The notes: generated by a model not told the origin, from the letters alone. A stretch of 63,770 bases of DNA, filler included, from Reticulomyxa filosa (GCA_000512085.1; 16 parts of 16 records of this genome joined end to end with filler, not necessarily neighbours in it), one strand, 5' to 3'; shown: positions 10,001 through 20,873, counted from the first letter of the whole stretch. Translations and numbers: made by a program.

Positions 10001-12698
10001 ACAATTGGATACAATACAATTGGATATCTTACTTATGTGTTTGATATTAAATGGATCTAAATATAAAAATAAACATATTCGTTATTTATGCATGCAATCC
10101 ATTCAAAAACTTTTAACATTACAATTAAATGAAAAACAAATAAATGATATTTTTACATATTTAATGAATAGATCTAAAGATACAAATAAAAATATTCAAT
10201 ATTTATGTGCTGAAGCATTTGGAAAGCTTATACTAAGATTAAATAAAAAACAATTTTATAATGCTTGGGAATATTTAATAAATAAATTTAATAATAAAGA
10301 AGAAGATATTTTAGTTCGTATATCATGTGCAGAAGCTATTGGAATAATGTCAATGAAATTAAATCAAAAACAATTATTAGACAGTTTACAATATTTAATG
10401 AATGGATTAACTGATGAAGAAGTTGAAAATGAATTTCTCCGTAAATATTGTGCATATTCTCTTGAAAAGCTTATTAAAAAATTAACTACAATTAAAGCAG
10501 ATAAATGTATGATTATATCATTTATACAAGCATTTGAAACAATTCTAATAAAATTCAAGGAAAAACAATTTGATAAAACTCTTAAATATTTGCTTAATGA
10601 AATTAAAAATGAAGATTATGTTATGCGTTCTTATTCTATAAAATCACTTTCAAAACTTATTATGAAATTAAATGGAAAACAATTTGAAGATGCTTTTAAA
10701 GGTTTAATTGATGGATGTAAGGATAAAAATTTATGTATCAGCAATTTATGTGAAAAATCAATTGAAACAGTAGCATTAAAATTTGATAAACCACATCTGA
10801 ATTATATATTTGAATATTTAATTAATGGATTGAACGAAGAAGCTTGGGACATTCAATATTCATGTTTAAAAATATTAAAAACAATATCATTAATATTGGA
10901 TACAAAACAATTAAATTCTGCATTTCAATGTTTGATTGAGAAATTAAATAATTCAAGTTCTGATATTTGCGATTTATGTATAAACACACTTCAAACAATT
11001 ATAAAAAGATTAGATGATCAACAATTGTGTGCAGCAATGAATATTTTATTACAAAAATTGAAAAATATTCCTATAATAAGTGATAGTATTATTAAGACAT
11101 TATCAGATAATATGTGGCAACGTGTTATATTTTCTATGTTAAAAGGATATGTACAAACAATAGAAAAAAATATTGAAATAAAAACATTGGCATTTGGTTT
11201 GTTGATATTTAATCCCAACATTCTATTCCATTTCAATGATAAAAATAATGATATCAATCTTGATGCTTTCAATACATTGATAGATTGTTGTAATAAGCAA
11301 GCAATTGAATTAGATTTTCCAATTCAACAAAAATGGAATGGTTACGATGATATTCCCTATCCTTGTCTTACTGTTCTTTCAAATAATAATGAATATACTT
11401 TTTATAAAGCAATACAATTAGTTGATATAATACAACTAAATTTATTTAATGAACATGGAAAAACTCCTTTGCATTTGGCAATACATAATAAGCATTGGAT
11501 TGTTGCTAGTTATTGCATTGAACAAGGTGCGTGGATTGATGTTAGAGAAAGTACTTTAGAGGTAGATACTACACAAACTCCAATTGAATATATTACACAA
11601 TTAATTCATAAGATAGAAAATAAAGAAAATAACAAAGAATATTCAGAAATGATGGAAATGTGTAAATGGATATTGAAAAAACGTATTATATATCCAATAG
11701 AACAAATTAAATATGCTATTGATTATGTCAAAGATAAATTAATTAATAAAAATGATATCAATCAAATTATTAATGATAAAAATTATGAGATATTAATACA
11801 AGAAGGTGCAAGTTTCTTGTTAGGTGTAAATCAATTACAATTACAAGAAGTATTAATTAATAATAATTCATTTTGCCGGATGGAGAAAAAAAATACCAAA
11901 TTAATTGAAACTCAAAAAAAATTTGATGAAGAATGGTATATGAAAGCCTTTTTAATGTATCGAATATTTTTGTTGTTTAAAATATGTGTTCAATTAAAAC
12001 GATATAAAAGAAATCATATTGTATTACCAAAGAATATAAAATTTGAACAAATTTATGAAAAAGGAATGAAAGAATTACAAGTACAATTAACAACATATTG
12101 GGATTATATCACAATTAAAACATTTCACAAATTCCCAGATTTAATGGATGATTGGAGTTATAATATAGTTGATCGTTTAATGAATTTAAATCCAATATCA
12201 TTGAATGAATGTTGTGAAATGAGTTTAATGATTGGTCATCAAAATCATTGTATATATTTAAGTTTATGCAAAACATCTACCTCCATTTTGGTGCGGATTG
12301 ATAATCGACAGACGCAAATTATTCCATCCAATATATCCCATCCAAAGCAGATTATATCAATAAACAATAAGGATTATGAAGCAGTACAACCCTATTTGGT
12401 TGCATATTTTCCATCGAATAATTCAAATATCAATCAAAATAAAAAATGGTTGAAAGATTATATTAAAAATGCAATTACACTGGGGATGAAACATTTGTAT
12501 TGTAGTGATAATACTCCTCCTCGTGAAGGAAGTCCACCATCGATAGTAAATAATTGGCCATATCGTTCAATTCAAATTGATGCAAATAATTGTTATTTTC
12601 GGAATCACAATGTTGGATATCGTATTCGTTTGGGTGATGCCATTTATCAATGGTTTCGTGATCAAGAATATAAAAGCAATTTTGGCGTAACAAAATAA
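7032..12698 (+). CDS. NLR-like STAND protein: NACHT NTPase, HEAT-like repeat array, ankyrin repeat and putative C-terminal cysteine protease domain (1888 aa, intronless)
   Basis: Walker A GEAGSGKS (7344), Walker B LLVLDGFDE (7593), sensor IITSRP, HD1 HIPLYL, winged-helix FPHLTFQEWFVAYYL. About 39-40 aa repeats KLNEKQLD.....L...L.D....IR..C approx 9050-11090. Ankyrin GKTPLHLAIHNKHWIVASYCIEQGAWID approx 11450-11540. Confidence 0.9.
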   Translation: MEVTKQKLKDYYKTQDKLVPLFDDPQQSVDTCYVRLAFVSQQFQEEKVNIPNKWSDNEKKEDDEKWPNKLNYSLINDDDQKIRELQDIWKIEENGLETHHISIYGEAGSGKSVLTQRITYLWATNQMWNDRFEWLLHIPLRKIFNIFDKTRNKNNDIIKMQWSKIINELHIPQWNIDDTNIVYSQNGLLVLDGFDEIANELNKKPDLKQWLQHCTVNNDNFCVIITSRPNIMCSYWNNNSKIFNIIGFQSQDIQKYVYSYFQNLNCNYQADLLFKKLNNNSILESLSHIPLYLYLFCYLTKQQIFEIKEEKENKTQEKLLFDELSDISISKLYKILLECYMRWNWIKWNGIKNQPNSQSIFNIFEMEMDYLSHIAWEALKCGQSIISCEIQQKVLNYIKIKYPRKHITVISQWSRINLFTFLQGQKFINSSYPIESVYFPHLTFQEWFVAYYLVNCLYQSNESNDHQQVCSILINQQLTPKYSVVIPFMAGILYDNIENKKDSSGSGLLYFWKLLHSLSPQPIFIHQTILYMRCLAACKADTNSLFLSSQLQNCHKTLICSFKTLFISWINFNQDKDYTYNKLDKQIMHKSINNIMKLYLPNLQHILIHPDIHSYIIDQIKIFQTNMNRFDEDYLLRKDYINILKYLCISTETTNNVVQCCMQGLQYYQTNNICNEYAKLICAIAMKLNEKQLDNAIIFFMEGFQDKVIHDICIGSLKIILQYMNKKQLDDTFECLMNEYNNERLMRCHFCLSTLEAITEKLSGEQLNSALKCLVQGLNGQVNTIFWQCTNAIEKFLMKLSEKQLNDTLNFLIFRLNDDFEFVRDLCASIIKTISTQLNEKQLDYVCKHLLSGVGHTNENINHLRTILFRDISIQLNKKQLNNIYQHLIDGLIKDERIFIRRYYAKLLEILSIRWNQIQLNNILKCLMNKSIDDKNKCVRWTCKESLKVILLKLDKIQLNNIFQYLIKNLKHKKQSIFKLYIDLLMVISIQLDTIQLDILLMCLILNGSKYKNKHIRYLCMQSIQKLLTLQLNEKQINDIFTYLMNRSKDTNKNIQYLCAEAFGKLILRLNKKQFYNAWEYLINKFNNKEEDILVRISCAEAIGIMSMKLNQKQLLDSLQYLMNGLTDEEVENEFLRKYCAYSLEKLIKKLTTIKADKCMIISFIQAFETILIKFKEKQFDKTLKYLLNEIKNEDYVMRSYSIKSLSKLIMKLNGKQFEDAFKGLIDGCKDKNLCISNLCEKSIETVALKFDKPHLNYIFEYLINGLNEEAWDIQYSCLKILKTISLILDTKQLNSAFQCLIEKLNNSSSDICDLCINTLQTIIKRLDDQQLCAAMNILLQKLKNIPIISDSIIKTLSDNMWQRVIFSMLKGYVQTIEKNIEIKTLAFGLLIFNPNILFHFNDKNNDINLDAFNTLIDCCNKQAIELDFPIQQKWNGYDDIPYPCLTVLSNNNEYTFYKAIQLVDIIQLNLFNEHGKTPLHLAIHNKHWIVASYCIEQGAWIDVRESTLEVDTTQTPIEYITQLIHKIENKENNKEYSEMMEMCKWILKKRIIYPIEQIKYAIDYVKDKLINKNDINQIINDKNYEILIQEGASFLLGVNQLQLQEVLINNNSFCRMEKKNTKLIETQKKFDEEWYMKAFLMYRIFLLFKICVQLKRYKRNHIVLPKNIKFEQIYEKGMKELQVQLTTYWDYITIKTFHKFPDLMDDWSYNIVDRLMNLNPISLNECCEMSLMIGHQNHCIYLSLCKTSTSILVRIDNRQTQIIPSNISHPKQIISINNKDYEAVQPYLVAYFPSNNSNINQNKKWLKDYIKNAITLGMKHLYCSDNTPPREGSPPSIVNNWPYRSIQIDANNCYFRNHNVGYRIRLGDAIYQWFRDQEYKSNFGVTK

Positions 12699-14473
12699 AA
12701 TTGAAAGATAAATATTCATTTAATGTAATTATTTGTTTATTTTTATGTGCTCAAATAATATAAGATTATTTTCATTCTTTTACACAATATTCTTCATAAC
12801 ACGACAATTTTTCATCAACATTTGATCTATTTCTCAAATGAAAGAAACTGAAGTGATCACTAGTTCGATCAACTTCTTCACGCTTTTTTAAAATTTTTAT
12901 TGTTGAAAAAAATAATTATTTTGTAATTAAAAATCATAAAGTAAATTATTTTGTGTCGCAGTGTCATTTCTGCAGTCAAGTCATCACGTAATTCAACTTT
13001 GGATCCAAATCAATTCTAGAAAATCAGTAAATTCATATTGATTACTCAAATTGGAAATCTGAACGAAAGAAAATTGGAACAATTAGAGAAAGAATATCAA
13101 TAATTATGGAAATATCGTTCTTATTTGGACGGCAAAAGAAGAAATATCTTGTTATGTTTCATATTATTCAAACATAGAATTTTTTAAATTAAGGTACATT
13201 AAATTATCTATGCATTGCTAAATGTAATTTAATTTTTTTAACTTACTTTTTTTAAATAAAAACAGTCATTCTGTTAAAGATATTGCGAAAAAAGTAAAAT
13301 TATAAGTTAACTTTATAGTACTTGTGTTAAACTCGCGTTGCAAAAAGAAACTACAAATTATGTATTTTTTGTATCATTGTAACATAGATATATTATAATG
13401 TGTATATTGAATGTGAAATTGCAAAAAAAATTACTTTTTATCTATATATAAAAAAAGAAATTTTAAATAAATAAACAAACCAATAGCAACGATATAACTC
13501 GGTTTGGTAATATAAACTGAAAGCATTTATTTGTTTGATGCTGATTGATTATCCGAAAAAACAATAAACAAATATTAATTACATATAAATAATATTTGGC
13601 AACGAAAGATATTTGTGCATTACGAGTGCCTTAAGAAACAAGTCATGCAAACATAAATATATTCTAACTACATCGTTATAATATATTTTCATACGAACAT
13701 ACTTCAGTAAGTCGTTTCTTAGTATGTGTATATTCAGTGGTGCTTATATAATTGCAAATATTGTAACGCTTAATTGATCTTATTGTATATGATATTTATG
13801 TTTCTGTCCTGACTGCACAATTTCATTAGCATATATCGTATTATGATAGTTCCTAAACTTAGTTCCATACTTTTTACTAAAAAAGAAAAGTTAAAAATTT
13901 ATAATTTAAGTACATTTGAAAATTTGCCAAACAGTTGTACAATTGTTATAGATTTAAAACGATACGCTCTGTTTCAGAAATAGTTCTTGTAGCTACACTT
14001 TTTCGTTGTTGAACCTAGAAGTCAAGACATGGAACACTCACAAAATACTCGAAATGATACAACACAATATCTCCTATGCTCCGGTTAGTTTTAACTCCTA
14101 CAAACATTAAAAGTTATGACAGTTTGCCGCTTGTTTGTTCAGGTTTTGCAATTCCACTGGGGCTCTTTATCATATCTACATACCTCCGCAAGAAAGTCAA
14201 GTGATTCCTGCAAAAAAAAATGTACTTTTACATATGTAAGAAAAACTGAGAAAACCAAAAGCAATGAACCAAAAAAAAAAAAAAAGAATTTTCGTCGACA
14301 CCCTGCTCCGATAATATTTGGTCGCAGTATATCCCACTTATTGTTGGCCATAGTAACATTAGTCTGGAAATTGCTGGATATTGCTTCGAACCATAACGTT
14401 TAGTTTTAGATTTTTAAGATGATGTGTATATTGAGTTTTTCCTTTTTGAACCCTTTCAAATTTGTTTAACTTT

Positions 14474-14507
<34 letters not shown>

Positions 14508-14513
14508 GGGGGG

Positions 14514-14613
14514 NNNNNNNNNNNNNNNNNNNNNNNNNNNNNNNNNNNNNNNNNNNNTTAATTAATTAANNNNNNNNNNNNNNNNNNNNNNNNNNNNNNN
14601 NNNNNNNNNNNNN
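14514..14613. other. Artificial contig spacer N44-TTAATTAATTAA-N44; also at 15981, 20774, 22527, 26954, 28770, 34655, 37976, 39508, 46280, 47854, 54667, 60436, 61571 and 62671 (each 100 bp)
   Basis: The identical 100-bp spacer with a six-frame stop 12-mer occurs 15 times, and genes are truncated at the spacers. Confidence 0.98.
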
Positions 14614-14685
14614 GAATTCCGGGTTTTTAAAAACCCGGAATTCAAACCCTTTCGGTTCCAACGTTGGAACCGAAAGGCCAGAGAT

Positions 14686-15129
14686 TTGAAAAAAGAAAAG
14701 ACCAAAAAACAAAATGAAGAAGGAGGAAGTGGAGACAATGGGCCAGATGTCGATATGTTGGAAAGAACCATTTCCCAAGCAAGTACTACGGAAGCGACAC
14801 AAAATGATACGACAAAAGACAAAGAAGGCACAGAAGAAACGATAACTGGAGCCGAAACGAAAGAGCCTGAAAAAGAAAAGACGTTTGAAATATTGCAAAA
14901 TCCCTCTCGTGTCACTTTGAATCAACGCAAATCGATGCGATGGGAAGACACGCGATATCAGTCTGTGCGTAAAAATAACAATGATGGTAAATTGTATGGA
15001 ATCATCATTGTTCAGGACTCTTCTCCAGATCAACCGCAAGAACTTGTGGAGACCAAACGATTGGATGATAGAGGAGTCCATGGAAATGAACCTGCTCCGC
15101 CAAAACCGTTCAAATACTTGGGACCATAG
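14686..15129 (+). CDS. RPN2: 26S proteasome regulatory subunit Rpn2/PSMD1, C-terminal fragment
   Basis: FEILQNPSRVT..RYQSVR..GIIIVQD..QELVE..EPAPPKPFKY matches the Rpn2 C-terminus. Confidence 0.88.
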   Translation: MKKEKTKKQNEEGGSGDNGPDVDMLERTISQASTTEATQNDTTKDKEGTEETITGAETKEPEKEKTFEILQNPSRVTLNQRKSMRWEDTRYQSVRKNNNDGKLYGIIIVQDSSPDQPQELVETKRLDDRGVHGNEPAPPKPFKYLGP

Positions 15130-15529
15130 ATTGTGTGAGGGAGAAAAGAAGGCATTGAGAAGAGGGCACAATCAACTTGAATATAACTTAAAATACAAAT
15201 AAAAAATAAAAGAGATCAGCGCTCACAGATTTTTTTTTCATTTGTTTGGTGTGATGCCCTTTTTTATTTAGTTGCAATGGTTACTTTTTCTTCTTCTCAA
15301 TGCAAACTAAATGATAAAAAGACCGCATACCAAATCTTTGATTAAATCCATTAATCTATGCTTTCCTTTTCAAACTACAAAAAATTAATCAAAGTTTTTT
15401 TTGTTGCTGCAATCACCGAGGACACAAAAATGTACAAATCGTGTCTAGAGTTTTTGTTTTTGATTAATACCAAATCCCTTTTTTTAAAATTTGTTCATAT
15501 ATAATAATATTTGTATTTTCAATCCAAAA

Positions 15530-15928
15530 ATGTCTCTTTTTGGTGGCGATCCAACAGAAAGAATGCAAAGTTAGTTTGTGTTTTAAATGTAATGAAAGGA
15601 TTACTTTGTGTATTTCACAAGTGTTGAAAAAATATGTTCAAAACTAACAAAACAGATAAATAAACAATAACAAAATTGACTAGAACAATTGTTCGACTTG
15701 CGTTTCACGGCAAAGTCACTCGTACGTGAATCCAAAAAATGTGAAAAAGAGGTGAAAGGCAACAAAAAAAAATGCAAACAAGCGATGGAAAAAGGCAATA
15801 TGGATGGGGCGCGTATCTATGCAGAGAATTCAATACGTTTGCATAATCAATCACTCAACTATTTGAAGCTATCATCCCGCATTGATGCTGTTGCAGCCAG
15901 AGTCAACACAGCTGTTCAAATGGGAAAG
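15530..15928 (+). CDS. CHMP1: ESCRT-III CHMP1/Did2/Vps46, 3'-truncated, two exons
   Basis: LFDLRFTAKSLVRESKKCEK..KQAMEKGNMDGARIYAENSIR..NYLKLSSRIDAVAARVNTAVQM. Short first exon MSLFGGDPTERMQ is followed by a GT-AG intron. Confidence 0.92.
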
Positions 15929-16380
15929 GTTCGCTTTCCAATTTTGTGTGCTCCTTTTTATCTTTTTTTTTCCTAATCTCNNNNNNNNNNNNNNNNNNNN
16001 NNNNNNNNNNNNNNNNNNNNNNNNTTAATTAATTAANNNNNNNNNNNNNNNNNNNNNNNNNNNNNNNNNNNNNNNNNNNNTTGAAAGAATGGTGATTTCA
16101 TCCAACAAAAAAAAAAGTTATTAAAAAACAAATTTAATATTTAAAAACTACAAGACTTGTAGATATTTTTTTAAAAAAAATTAGGTCTAAATGTTGATTT
16201 TTCATGGAGAAAATCAATTATCATCATATGATATCGTTTTATGCGTTCAGTTTTCTTTGCAACCTACTGTAATAAATTATAAACACTTATGCTGGTCTAA
16301 TTCCTTTGTAGTAACAAAGTAAAGTCAAATAGACTAGCTTTTTTGCTACCTTCATATATACGTAATTAATGTGATCACTA

Positions 16381-17780
16381 TAATTTAATTTTGCATCAAT
16401 AATTAGTCCCAAATACTTGATCGGACGCATAAATGGATATCCATAATGCTATATCATATGCAAACACTCCAAATTGAATCTGTTCATATGCCTCATGTGT
16501 GATATCATTAATGTACATGAACAACAATGAGGACAAAGATGATCCTTGATATACTCAGGTGTTGAAATCATATATTGATGTATTGACTCCATTTATGACA
16601 ACATGTCCCAATATGTCAGATAAAAAACTATCGATCATAATTTTAAACTTAATCCATCACACCATACAATATCATATGCTGGTGAAATATCTAACATTGC
16701 AGCATAGGTAACTACATTCTTGTTAAATGATGCATGAATTGACTCTGACAATATCAGGAGCAATTCAAATTTGTTGCTTGGCTTTGACTCAACATTTGGC
16801 GCTCGTTCAAATATCGCATTAAGATCATTGTCACAATTCTATCAATTTTCACACAGTAAAGTAATTATATTATACTGTAATTTTTGCAAATTCTTGAATC
16901 AAGATCTGGTTTATGTACTGAAACAGTATTTGATTTTTTCAATGCTTTAGGAAAATAACCAATTTTGTAGCTACATCCAAACATCATAACAAGTGAATCA
17001 ATCAAACTTTGTACAACATTTTTCAACATTAAATTATATACATTGTCAGGACCTTGTGATTTATATGCAGATAAATGTCTTATTGAATCTATTACTTCAT
17101 CTTCAGTGATATATGACTGATTCAACTCAAGCTGTGACTGATATTCACTGAATTCTGTTTTTCTTGACATTTGCACAACTGAGTATATTTCGTCTTCGAC
17201 ATATTGACAATGTTCTTCATTTTTATCTGATAGTTTTGGATGCTGTGATTGCTGAGAAAACAAACACGCAAGTAAATTTGCTTTTTCAGTATCATTTTCG
17301 GCCAAAGAAAATATGACATATCTTTTCCTGGATTTATCAATGACAGAACTATTGCAATCTTGTTTGAATTTAATGACATAAATTGACAAAACATTTGTCT
17401 TGTGTTCCAATCATGCAATGTCTTGATACTTTTTGCAATGTACAATTGCTTTTCAAATCGAAGATTTCTTTTGAGTGAATCTGCAGCTTTTTTGTATATT
17501 TCATAATTTTCTGATGTCATATTTTTCATAAAATTTCTTTTTAATCGATTCACATTTTGTCATTGCTTATACAATTTATTACTCCACCAATGTTTATTTC
17601 TTTTCTAAAAAATCTTTTGAACAACTGTGGCTTTTTCCGTTTCAATCACGAAATGACTCCAGGATTCCACTGCTTGGTCTAATTCATATGATTCTACAAT
17701 TGTATCAATGCTCTTATACAGCCAAGTATGATGATGTGCATTACAGTATCCACAAATTATAATTTGCTCCGAAATTTTCC
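16381..17780 (-). mobile_element. Decayed non-LTR retrotransposon (LINE; APE endonuclease plus RT relic)
   Basis: Minus-strand relics in order: IICGYCNAHH (GDFNAH-like), KSQGPDNV..FPKALKKSNTVSVHKP..KNY, VTYAAMLDISPAYD, QGSSLSSLLFMYIND, FAYDIA, KYLGLIIDAKL. Many stops and frameshifts. Confidence 0.88.
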
Positions 17781-18598
17781 TGACAGCTCAATGTCTTTGT
17801 TGCATAAACTGATAACATAATTTGAGTTATCTTTCTTGTTCATTTTGAGTTGTATTTTTCAGTAATATGGTAGTACAATTAGATTCCGGTAACTTTCCAA
17901 TATTCATACTGTCAACAGGTTCCAATATTCAGTAAGTGTTCTGACAATATTTCTTTATGAATGTATCGAAATATTCAACAAAAATAAGCAATTATGTAAT
18001 CGAATATCCTCCACCGGATATAATTTTGGTGAAAAGAATAACAAAATCATTTACAAGCAGTTTGATTCGTTGTTCTTTGCTAAGTTTCATGGCAAGTGGA
18101 GAGATAACATTGTCATTTAAGTAAATAGAAACCTCCAGTAGCCACAAACTATAAATAATACGTTGTGCATCGTCCGTTACACGTATACAAAAAAAATTGA
18201 ACTGGCAGCTAAAAGTTCAAATTAAAATTTTGCTTTGTCTCCAAAAAAAAAATAAACAAAGAATAAATCTGGTCCAAACGAGAACAATATGTATATATGT
18301 TTAAATTTTCTTAGTGATTTTCATTGTGAACTTCTTTGATTAAGTCTATATGAAATTTTTTTACAAAATGTGGATCCATTTACTGAGAAGAAGGATAGCC
18401 AAACGAATTTGGCTATGTTACAACACATCAACCAGAGAAAAAGACAATAGTTCAATAAAGGATTCTGATATCCTATGCAATCAACTAACTGCACCAAAAA
18501 TTTTTGAACTCAATACCCCCTTCTAACCAAAAATAAAAACTTGTCCATATGTTGGCAATAATTTTGTTTGGCCCCCGTTTTAAAGAAATTTACATTGC

Positions 18599-19347
18599 CT
18601 AGTCAGAATCAATCTCCATTGCATGTTCTGATTCCGTATCGCTGTTGACTAGAGGTTTTGGTGTGGATTTGTTGTTGTCTTCGTCTTGTGTAGTAATAAA
18701 CCACGAATCGCTTCCAATATCTCTTAAGTCCAACTGACATTCGTCACAAAACTCATTTTGTGGGGGGTTGGCATGCTTACAAAATGGACAGGAAATCTTT
18801 TGAATTTTATTGTTTGCGGGGCCTGTTGCACTGTTGTCCGGCTTTGCTTCATTTTTCGACGGCGGGTTAGCGTTTGAATTTTGATTTAGATTGGAATTGG
18901 AATTGGAATTGGGAATTGGGGATTGAGATTTGGATTTGGATTTGGATTTGGATTAAATTGATTATAAAAATCGCAAATCGAACATATGTGGCTGTCTTTC
19001 AATTCAAAGTGGCATCTTTTACAATACGTCTTTGAAGCGTAGTCACGCGCTGACTTATCTGCCAGACTCAAATAAACGGGAATAATGTCATGAGTTCCAA
19101 AGACAGAAACACGTCGTCTTAATTTGCTTGTGTCTTCTTTGTTGCTTACATTAATTTGTAACTCGCGATTTAAGTTGATCTCATATGCCTTACCGTTCAA
19201 ACGTACAAACACAACATTGTTGGAAGGGTGAATCTTCGCGTTCTTCAACTGGTGCTCTTTTTCAATAACACCGGAAATGGTGACAGGATACGTTTTCCAC
19301 TGATTTTTGCTTTCTTCATACTGCCATTCTACAGTTTCCTTTGACAT
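18599..19347 (-). CDS. WWE domain protein with two C4 zinc fingers (one RanBP2/NZF-like)
   Basis: WWE: EWQYEESKNQWKTYP..IEKEH..YEINLNRELQIN..RR. CKRC-x9-CSIC follows. After an apparent frameshift in G-runs near 18915 the frame continues to CPFCKHANPPQNEFCDEC and a stop at 18599. Confidence 0.75.
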
Positions 19348-19824
19348 TATTTGGCGTTTAGGCAAAAGTTATTTTGTGCTTGTCAGACTTTTCCCTTTTT
19401 AAAAATAATTTCGGAGAAATTACTTTAATTGTGCCTCAAAAATTCATTGAATAGTGCCTATATTTTCCCACTATGAAATACTTCGTTATCTTGGACATTA
19501 TTGCAAGTTTTCATATTACAGGGGTTCTAAAGTTTTCTTTTCTATTTAGACAAACAAGATTCGTCTGTAGTGTTCATCACTTACCATTTTGTTTTTGCAG
19601 CCGTTGATGCCAATAGATCTTGGTATTCATTGAATTTGAAAGAAACAGTTTTCAAGCAGACTTAGGGGTTGAATAAAGAAGGCGGAGGTGCACAAGAAAT
19701 AACAAGATTTTCCTGATAAATTTTTATTAAAAAAACAATGGCCACAAAAACAACCTCCCCAAAAGTTGTGTAAAGTTTATAGTTTTGTATTTAAAAGAAA
19801 AAATAACAAACGATAGGATTACGA

Positions 19825-20406
19825 ATGTCAACGTCAGGATTTAATGGAAGTCCAATTGGATATTCTTGCCCAGCGAAAAACACTATTAGCACGGAAAGCG
19901 AGAAGGAAATGCTCCCTAATAGGAGTGGTAATAACACCGAGAAGAGACAACCTTTGCACAGTGACGGTGGTTATTTGTATGAGATTCAAATAATGTGTGA
20001 CCAAATGTGGAAACGTTTGCATCAATTATGTCACGAGCAGGCCATTAGCGAACGAAAGGCATGGTGTCAACATTATCACAATTCTGGCCATGCATCAGCT
20101 AAATTCCATTATAGCAAGTTATTGCGAAAAACGGCAGAAATTTTGAAAGAATACCAACAAATGAGACGTGGCAGTAAACAAAGACCACTCCTATCATCCC
20201 TGCCGCCACAATGTCAACTACACGAACAACAGGAATATCACACACCAGAATCAGAACAAGACCCACGACTGAAACCAGAACAAGAGCAGGTACGAGGACA
20301 GGAACATCCGCAGCAATGTGTGGCAGAAATTGATTGTACGGCTAATACTGAGGTACGAACAAAAAAAAGAGGGGGAAAAGGGGAAGGGGGAAAGGTTGTC
20401 ACATAA
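19825..20406 (+). CDS. Hypothetical protein (possibly first exon)
   Basis: 193-codon ATG ORF with exon-like composition; no recognisable motif. Confidence 0.45.
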   Translation: MSTSGFNGSPIGYSCPAKNTISTESEKEMLPNRSGNNTEKRQPLHSDGGYLYEIQIMCDQMWKRLHQLCHEQAISERKAWCQHYHNSGHASAKFHYSKLLRKTAEILKEYQQMRRGSKQRPLLSSLPPQCQLHEQQEYHTPESEQDPRLKPEQEQVRGQEHPQQCVAEIDCTANTEVRTKKRGGKGEGGKVVT

Positions 20407-20873
20407 GAAGGAGCGAAAGACACAACTATATGGTGGGAACATCAGTAGATATTGTGTACTTCGTTGGGTTTATACACTGTGCGCATTACACACTTTTCGG
20501 TACATTTTTTTTTGCATGGAAGTATGTGTATTTTCGCAATTATCCAATCACACCCTTTTTGTGTGATGCGCTTTTTTAAATACCCCTATCGCTTCCCCAA
20601 ATTATTAATTAGAAGAGGGGAAAATAAAAAAAAAACTTGAGGAAAAAAAAACTTTTTTTGGGTTGTTTTTCGTGGCCACCGATTGTAATGAACCCCTTGT
20701 AAAAAGTTATAATTTTTAAAATTACACGTATAAAAAAAAAGAACGGAAATGAAAAACGTATAAAAAAAAAAAANNNNNNNNNNNNNNNNNNNNNNNNNNN
20801 NNNNNNNNNNNNNNNNNTTAATTAATTAANNNNNNNNNNNNNNNNNNNNNNNNNNNNNNNNNNNNNNNNNNNN

